From Ostrea edulis (Eukaryota), in the NCBI RefSeq assembly GCF_947568905.1, contig NC_079166.1:63426001-63490000 (forward strand): DNA of 64,000 nucleotides, read 5' to 3'. Positions within the stretch are counted from its first letter, which is position 1. The number at the start of each line of letters is the position of its first letter. The position numbers were made by a program, and so were the translations under genes. This document shows positions 55,902 to 64,000 of the stretch, piece by piece. The notes under the pieces were generated by a model. The model was not told the DNA's origin and made no database searches. It worked only from the letters and a program-made list of their open reading frames with translations.

Positions 55902-56566
55902 TTTCAAACGTAGTAACGACTATGAATGTTTTGATCGGTACGTCGAATTACCCAAATGGAATTCAAATATGCATTTCTTACAAAAGAAAAGAATAAAGAA
56001 CATATACATGAAAATATATAATAATTTATATGAATTTTAAATATCTTCTACTTTAAATAAACATTGTATACTATCAAATAGTTACACAAAGCTGTTGTAA
56101 CAAAGAAATAATTTTTTAAAAGTGAATGTGAAATAGCAATTTACATAATTAATGTTTTAACTTTGTTGAGAGGGTAATTAATTTTAAGTGTCCAACATGA
56201 TTGGCGCGTTTTTTTGAGTAAATTGCTTTGACAATGAGAAATCACAATGGTTCGTCTGACAACATAATTCCATAATTATGAGACGATCCATTTACATTTT
56301 AAAAACGCAAGGTTCGACCATAGGACATCATTACTTGCTGAATTTCTCCCATGAATTAAGGTCTTTGGATTCTTCAAGCAGTAAGTCAGTTTTATACTCA
56401 AGAATTTTTTTTAGTTCAAATAACATTTATTCAATAAATTTATGACAAGTATCAATAAAGATTGGAAAACAAGCCATGGGGTACCCCAAGCCATGCAATA
56501 ACTTAATTAACTTACCGTACGTGTTTACAAATCCTCTCTCAAAGTTCCGTTACACGTGAGAGACTG

Positions 56567-58896
56567 ATGTAAGTAAGACACAAATACTACGCTTCGGACA
56601 GAAAATCTACAAATTCTAAATCGGAAGAAGGAGCTGACGACAACTACTGCCCAACACCGAAACGTCCTAGATCTAGTAGTGTACTCACAAGTCCCCCATC
56701 TGTCTCGTTGTGTATTCCATCTACATCAAAGAGCCACTCGCATTGCTTTTTGTGTAAGCGCCCGGGACCAAAAATGGTCGTGGTCCCACCAAATGCAAGA
56801 TTTCGGGTATTTTTGAACTGTGAAATTATAATACCAGCTGGCAGTAGATGTTGTCCAAACCATTTGGATGATGGTCAATTCAAGACAGATGTATGGTCAA
56901 AAATAAAAGCAAACAAGACCTCATTGCTAAACAGGTCTACTATTTTGGATCTCCTAAAACGTTTGAGGACTGTCGCCTTGCATAATAGTTCCAGGATTGA
57001 TTTTGATTTGGCTAATCTCACTGAAAGTGACTATTTGAACTTAACAGGTATATGCAAAGATGCATTTAGTGAACTGTGCGCATCACTCAAAGATGTCCGG
57101 AACACACCAGTTCGCAGTACCCGCACCTCACTTGGAATTTTTTTATTCAAACTGAAATCTGGACTGTCAAACAAAATGTTGTCTACCATTTTCAATATCT
57201 CAAAATCGAGTTTGCGCCGAGCCATAGCTTCTGTAAGACAATCTCTTGTGTGTTCATTTGTTCCACAAAACCTGGGTCTCCAACACATCTCCCGTGAAGA
57301 GGTTATTGATAAGCACACTAGATCCCTGGCACATACCTTGTTTGGTTCCTCTCGTAATACCGAAGCAGTCTTGGTGTTAGATGGAACTTATATCTACATC
57401 CAAAAGAGTAACAACTTCCAATTCCAAAGACGTTCATATAGCTTACATAAAGGGAGACCGTTGGTTAAGGCTATGGTTGTAGTTACAACAACTGGATATT
57501 TTCTAACTACAATTGGACCATACCTGGCAGACGGCAAGAATAATGTTGCTGCGATTCTTACCCATATGTTCAAAACAAATGTACAGGACATAAAAAACTG
57601 GGTGCGTAAAGAGGATATATTTGTTCTTGACCGTGGTTTCCGTGATGCAATAAGTCTCCTGGAAGACTTGGGAATTAGAGCTGAGATTCCTTGTTTTGTG
57701 AAACGTGGAGAGAAACAGCTATCAACAGAGGATGCTAATTTAAGTCGCCTGGTAACAAAGGTAAACACACACGCACACAGACACTCACACACAGACGCGC
57801 CCGCACACACACACACACTATATGTTGAATATATAATAAAATTTTTAAAAAGCAAGAGCTTCTTCTGTGTTACCTCTATAATACGTTTGTAATCAATTTT
57901 CAATTTCTATTGAAGGTCAGGTGGATAGTAGAATCAGCTAACGCGAGAATTAAAAGGTGGAAATATTTCGACAAAGTACTGCCAACGAACCAGGTGCCTT
58001 ATATTGGGGATTTAATCAGAATTGTTTGTGCCATCTCCAACAAATTCCTTCCACCATTGTCAGGAGGTAAGTTGTGCATGCAGAATAGCAACCCTTGGTC
58101 AAAATTCCTTTCTTAATTAATATCAATATAAAGGAAACATTACTACATATAACTACCGATAGTAACTCAAGATGAATGAGTGCGACGACTTTGAGTACTT
58201 AAAAAAATCATACGACCTATAATATTTGATACTGTTTACATTTTGCCTACACAAGAAAGTACAGGTAAATAGTTTTTTGTGGAATAATTATCGAAATTAC
58301 CAATTCTGAATTTTTTCTCTCCATCAGATCGAGAGGATGATGTTGCTATTGCATCCAAGATGTTGTACCTTAGTCGCCAGGTAAATACCCTGAAGGAGCG
58401 AGTTGAAACAGAAAATCTTGACACGAGAAAGTCCACTATTTGGAAGGAAGCGACCACAGTTGTGGATTTCCCCAGACTCTCTGAAGAACGGCTTCGAGAG
58501 CTGACTTGCGGCACGTATCAGTTGAGGCTATCTAAGAGTTACATACAAGAACATTTAGATGGTAACCACGATATCTTTGTTCACCAAGAAGATCCGCATC
58601 TACTTAAAGTCAAACTACAAAGTAGGCACGTTTCAGCGAAGTCCCATCTTTTGTGGATTTCTTATACCGAGGCAGATATTACAGCATGGTACTGTAGATG
58701 CAAAACTGGCGCGAGGGTAGTTGGGGTGTGTTCCCACATTGCCGCCATACTGTGGTATCTTGGATACGGCAGATTCATGTACAGTGCAGATGAGCGAGTC
58801 GGTGTACGTGATTGGTCATCGTTTGTTGAAGACGCCGCTAACGTTCCAGAAGAAATAGACCAATCCGACAGTGACGAGAGTATTGTCGAGGAATAG
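56567..58896 (+). mobile_element. Intron-containing PIF/Harbinger/ISL2EU-type (DDE_Tnp_4-like) transposase with C-terminal SWIM-like finger; likely disabled
   Basis: Exons about 56567-57760, 57916-58066 and 58328-58896 (GT-AG, phases 0 and 1, 638 codons). N-terminal CxxC...RCCxxH; VLDGTY, VLDRGF, VESAN.RIK; WYCRCKTGARVVGVCSH. The apparent start is ATG immediately followed by TAA (56567-56572). Confidence 0.85.
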
Positions 58897-59023
58897 CTTA
58901 CAATTTAATTACTGGACACATTATGCTATTTTATTTTTACACATGTTTAAAAGAATTTGTTCCTACCTACTGTACAATATAGAAGTATTTAAAAGCATTT
59001 TAGTTGAACATATATTAGAAATA

Positions 59024-59862
59024 CGAGGGTTGTCCCAAAATTCCGTGGACTGGACTTTTAACTTTTAAGGTATTGATTTAATTTCATAAAACCTGTTATA
59101 TATTATCAATTATACCATTGTTAACCAATACCGAAAATTTGCACTTTTATTTACCTTTTTGAGAAAATTAATTATTTACGATAAAGTTGTACTCGGCGAC
59201 GCAACCTGCGACGTCAACATTTTCTCGCGGTGTTCGCGCGTCTGATCGAGGAAATCCTTCGAACATAAAATCCTTCTTTGATTTTCTTCATTTTTAAAAC
59301 CCGAAGTACCCAACGTGAACATACTATATGCATTCATGAATTATCCGATAGACTGCAGTGAACAGACGATTTGCTGATTCCCAAAATTTCATCGATCTCT
59401 CGTGCGGTCCGACGTCTTTTTTCCCCGAATAGCGTCATCATTTCGCTGGATATTTGCATCTAACTGTCGCACGATATATCATAATTCATTTAAATATTCC
59501 GTCATACTGATAAACATTTTCCAGGTATATAAATGAATATCTAAACAAAATTCCTCTATAAAAATATACTGTCAGAAATAAAATGAACAAAGTGTGGGTT
59601 TTTTTCTCCAGCGATCGTAATTTCTTTTCGATTATATTACCCCCCCCCCTTTTTTTTTTACCCTGCGCCGCTTTATGGTTCCCTATAATGAAAAACCTGA
59701 TTTTTTCCTATTCAATGTCAATTACAAATATAATATTAATTTTGTTTTTACATATTTTTTATTTAAAACTGTTTGCTCTTCATGTTGTAAAAGTTTAATT
59801 TCTCAGTGACGTTAGATTATTGAAAAACGCCGCTTGTCCACGGAATTTTGAGACAACCCTCG
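59024..59862. mobile_element. Mariner-type MITE, 839 bp
   Basis: TA TSD at 59022-59023 and 59863-59864; 27-bp TIRs cgagggttgtcccaaaattccgtggac with one mismatch; no ORF. Confidence 0.9.
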
Positions 59863-60567
59863 TACATGTTTTAATGACGTTAACGTCTGCCGACACAACG
59901 TTATACAAAGACAACTTTCCAAGTAACCCTTTCCATCAAAGTAAGCAATATCATGCTATATTTTATTTTTTCATGAAGTACATTGTCATAAGATTCTATT
60001 TGGACAATTTCATTAAATTCAAAGAATGGGCCGATTTTGACCTTTCATGGCTCTAGCTCTTTATGGCAAATCATAACATGTAAATATATATATAGGTTAC
60101 TGCTAACACAGCAAATGAAATTTATTGTTATATATTTACATTCTGCATTATACTTTTATTTCTGGTCAGTCATTAAAATAGATTTTTACTTGACTAAATA
60201 AGCATTTGGAAAATTGAAAAATTACGTAAAACCAGTGTACGTTAGCTAAAATTTCAAGAATAGGATATTCCGTTACAAGAAAATCCGTGAAAAGGTTTTG
60301 CATGTAAACCAAAATGCAACGTTTAAAAACTTGTGTAATCATCCCCCCCCCCCCCCCGATTCATTGCATATTATCTAGTGCAGTTTCTAGATCATCTAAT
60401 TACATCCCCCCTTTCCAAATCACTGGATCTGCCTCTGTTTTGGCATAATTTTTATCAGAATATCACAGACGCTTGGTTCTATAAATAAGTTATGGCGTCT
60501 GCATATAATATTAACATATACAGACATCATAACTTATTTATAGAAACAAATGCCTAGCTGTGCAGTA

Positions 60568-61150
60568 CAGGATGAGAGAAAATGCAACGGACTGGACCGG
60601 GATTCGAACCCGACCCCCTAAATCTCTAGTCAGGTACTTTACCAACTGAGCTATCTAGCCACCGGCTAACAAACCCTACTGACCGCTACATTCCTCTCTT
60701 CTGAAATATCTTATCAGCTGAAGACATATCAACCCAGATTCTTTTTGCTCCTAGCAGAACTTTCACCTGCAAGTCCAGGCCAGGGTGGTTAATCAACGGC
60801 ACCAAATATAACAGGAGGGGAGAAAATGCAATGGATCAGACCGGGATTCAAACCCTCTAGTCAGGTGCTTCACCAACTGAGCTAACTAACCCGTCCGGTC
60901 GCTTCATTAATTTATTTGGTGCCGTGACCAGGATTTGAACCAGGGCTGTTGCAGCCAAAATACAAAGTGTTAAACACTATACGATCACAGCACCAAAATC
61001 TAACAAGAAGGAAGAAAATGGCAATGGACTAGACCAGGATTCAATCCCGGGGCCCCTGAATTTCTAGTCGAGTGCTCTACCAACTGTACCATATCTGGGC
61101 TATCTGGCCATATCTGGCCACCGGCGATCGAACTCAGCTGCCCGCTATGT
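60568..61150 (-). repeat. Three tRNA-like (SINE-like) units in tandem
   Basis: Units at about 60568, 60811 and 61001; minus strand tagctcagttggtagagcacctgactagag...gggttcgaatcccggtc with A and B boxes. Confidence 0.7.
60917..60991 (-). pseudogene. Degenerate tRNA-His-derived sequence with genomic CCA
   Basis: GCTGTGATCGTATAGTGTTTAACACTTTGTATTTTGGCTGCAACAGCCCTGGTTCAAATCCTGGTCACGGCA-CCA aligns with metazoan tRNA-His(GTG). The loop reads TTG, the D-loop GG is lost and there is one T-stem mismatch. Confidence 0.7.
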
Positions 61151-62240
61151 ACAGCAGAATGTATATTCATGGAAAGTTTCAAAATTGTGGGGGAAAACAT
61201 AATCCTAAAAAATGATATTTTTTTTCTACCTATTATTTTAGATATTACGATAATTTTCTCTTTGGATCCATTGGGGTAATTCGACACATCCTAATTTGAT
61301 TGCGTTTGTTGAAGACAACTCGTACTTCGTTGACTTCATGAAACAGCCTTTCTCGTTTTGAGGTCTGAACCAAAGTCCTCTGATAAAACTTAAATAACAA
61401 CGCTAATGATCATGATTTTATTCATGCTAAATAGTATTAGAGTTTAAAATAAATCGTATCTATTTATCCCGGAACACTAGATTTCCAAAATAATGTTTAG
61501 CAAGCGTCCGACTGACGTAGATGAAGTGAAGAAAGCCAAATCGAAAATTTTTGTAAAGGTAGAGGTTTTACCATTTCAGCGAGAAATAAACATAAGAAAA
61601 GAGATTTTTTCTAGATTTATGTTGATTGGTAGTTCGTTTAAGGAATTAATGATTGAAAATAGAATATTAATTGACTTTGAAATGTTCTTTTTTTCATTTA
61701 GAAACGTCCTGACCTGATGAAATGACGAGATCAGTTTAAAGAGTACCATCTTTAATTGAATGGGAGAATTTTCAACTCTCCTATCCATTCCTGGCCACTG
61801 CAGACAGAGTATTTAAGAAATTTGTTCCATCATTAAGTCCTTTTAATGGTAAGAATTTGCGATCACTCCAAACATAATGTATGTATTCAGCACTATAGAG
61901 CTTATACTACAGAACATGGTACTTGTAGTTCAGTTGTAATGATGTATCATCTATGATCTAGAAGGCTCACATTTTTAAAGTCACATCCCTATGGAGCTAA
62001 ACAATGGCAGTTATGTAGGTTTTACCTCACCTAACTGCAAACTATCATGAAATATGCAATTGACCAGAATTTTTTTTTTTATAGGAAACAAATGTAAATT
62101 GCATGTTGTTGTCGACCCCTACATCCAAAAAATATTCAGGTTAAAATAAATATTTATGGTACCTTTATTTGCATGAGTCTAAATTTAATGCATGTATTTA
62201 CAAGTTCATGCAAAAATTGTTGCAGGTAATAAATTCAGCG

Positions 62241-62456
62241 ATGAATAAGTTGCCAGACGGTTCACAACTTATTGGCACCACAGCAACAGTTCAGTCAATC
62301 GCCATTCAGCAACCCATGGCTGTCAGACAGCAGATCCCAGCAACAATCCCGGGAACTCCCACTCAGGCGGAGACTAAAGTCTTAGACAAGCGAAGACTGC
62401 AGGAGCTGGTCAAGGAAATTGATCCTATGGAGCAGCTGGATGAGGATGTGGAAGAG
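62241..62456 (+). CDS. TAF12: Transcription initiation factor TFIID subunit 12, first coding exon (gene continues beyond the window)
   Basis: Acceptor ttgcag at 62225, ATG at 62241, KVLDKRRLQELVKEIDPMEQLDEDVEE, then gtaatt donor at the conserved phase-0 position before the histone-fold helix 2. Confidence 0.9.
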
Positions 62457-63338
62457 GTAATTCAGTAACTCTTTTTTAATTTTAAATCCAGCCAACTTTT
62501 TAAAACAACTTTTCATGAACAAATAAATTTTCAGTATATGTTTGCATTTGATTTTTAAAAAATAAATCAGCAGTTTTTTAAACAGCTGTGCTAGGTAAAT
62601 CCTATGAGATATTAAAAAGTAATCAAAGTTTTGACCTAAGCCTATTATCAGTTGGTGGTCTTAAGGCCTGGGGTCAAGATGACCCAAAGTTCTATCTGCA
62701 GGTACATGTATGCAGACTCCAATACATGTGCAGTATTCTACAAATATTGTGGATCATTTATATTTCCTAGAGCTTTTTGTGACTTTTTGGATTTACTGTA
62801 GATGCCCCTGTGGTACAAATATCAGCAATGTTCACAGTCTTAAAAAACTTTTAATTAGTATCAGTGGATGTAAGTTCAGTAACTGTTATAAATTCTTATT
62901 TTGCACAAGCAATGGTGTTGATTGAATATATTATAATGAAGCCATTGACTGTATTGATAATACATCATAAGTTACAAGAAATTATCCTCAATATTAATAC
63001 AGCTGACCAAAGTTGAGACAATTATTCAAACCTGATGAAGACATGATTTATTTGCATCAAACTGTCAATAGTTCACAATGTGTGACAGTGCTCCCACTGG
63101 ACCAGAATTCCCTTTCGCCACTTTTTCGGGGAGCTGCGCGACACAAATAATCACATGCTTTACAATTATTTCCATCATATTATATATTATTTTATTCATT
63201 ACACTTGTTTTAGCATTTTGAATCAGTTACATTACTTATTCATATCCAGCTACCATACCTAAACATTTCTTTCTGTAATAATAAAAAGTTGATTTGTTTG
63301 ATAAATTCTATTATGGAAATCAAAATTCAGATAATAAA

Positions 63339-63500
63339 TCATATAAATATAAACTTTATGATGCTACACCTCTCAGTGAAAACATTGTGTACATTGGCCG
63401 AAATGCAGATATCACAAAACATCAAGCCCAATTTAGAGTCGTATCTCAACCATTCCCTATTAAATTTCCGTTTTTGTATGGAAGATTTTGCAAGTTGGAC
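63339..63500 (-). mobile_element. Fragment of a hAT/ZNF862-like TTF zinc-finger region in the TAF12 intron
   Basis: KRKFNREWLRYDSKLGLMFCDIC...NVFTE; possible hAT-like end cagtgctcccactgg at about 63087. Confidence 0.4.
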
Positions 63501-64000
63501 AGAATCAGATGTTTGAGCAGGTGGGGTTGACTGTAAAGCCAAACATAGATATTTTTTTTAATTTTAGACTGACTAGGGCCAGAAGCTACAAGTTTAGTGT
63601 CAAAATAGAATGGGGTGCATAGTCTTATGAGATTAGCATTTTTATACTGTTGCGCACCAAACTTCAAAGAAAATTATTTATTAAAATTGCTATGGCCATA
63701 TCAATGGTGACCGACCGCATTGTTTATGAAATATTCGAACTAAAATCAAGCACATCAAAATCTTGTAATCAACGAGTTCGGCCGCAAAAACAAACAATTG
63801 ATGTATTCATATATACATTATACACAATAATACGGCCAATTTAATTACCGGTCGGTTCTCTGGTTAAGAATTCACATTAATGTGGAGATGATAACACGAT
63901 AATGAATAAGACTTTAAATGTTAAACAATTGACCAAAGCAGGGTCAACAGCTGTCCGATGTACTTTATTACATAATCACCGACTTTTTTGCAGCCATAAA

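Noticed and set aside
57761-57892. C-terminal THAHRHSHTDAPAHTHT tail of ORF 56708-57892
   Set aside because: Read-through into a CA-rich intron; the conserved transposase continues at 57916 after splicing.
61000-61287. First coding exon of CCDC174 (MDPKRKLS-like) near TAF12
   Set aside because: In-frame stop before any good donor. The true exon 1 (MENERDSVVNSSS|gtaagt) is at 55901-55863 in the correct phase.

Overview
AT-rich eukaryotic genomic DNA from a bivalve, almost certainly an oyster (Ostreidae). This is inferred from the Helentron-type HINE elements carrying ~165-bp satellite cores and the abundant Naiad-type Penelope-like retroelement tails; the species cannot be fixed from sequence alone. 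The left 29 kb is a repeat graveyard. It holds one long 5'-truncated Naiad RT copy nested in a HINE, many Naiad tails, a separate Naiad GIY-YIG fragment, LINE, SINE and MITE relics, a minimal hammerhead ribozyme, several minisatellites, and an orphan terminal exon of WDTC1 interrupted by a retroelement tail. The right 35 kb holds four spliced housekeeping genes in two head-to-head pairs: HGH1(-)/DYNLT1(+) and CCDC174(-)/TAF12(+, continues past the window end). An intron-containing PIF/Harbinger/ISL2EU-type transposase lies between CCDC174 and TAF12. The most unusual observations are splicing-related. DYNLT1 has two tandem homologous 78-nt versions of exon 4, candidate mutually exclusive exons. 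Two different genes (HGH1, CCDC174) have tandem arrays built from their own exon 3' end plus 5' splice site, giving arrays of alternative donors, 16 of them in frame in HGH1. No rRNA, CRISPR array or convincingly functional tRNA is present. All homology calls come from recognising motifs by eye; no database search was run.
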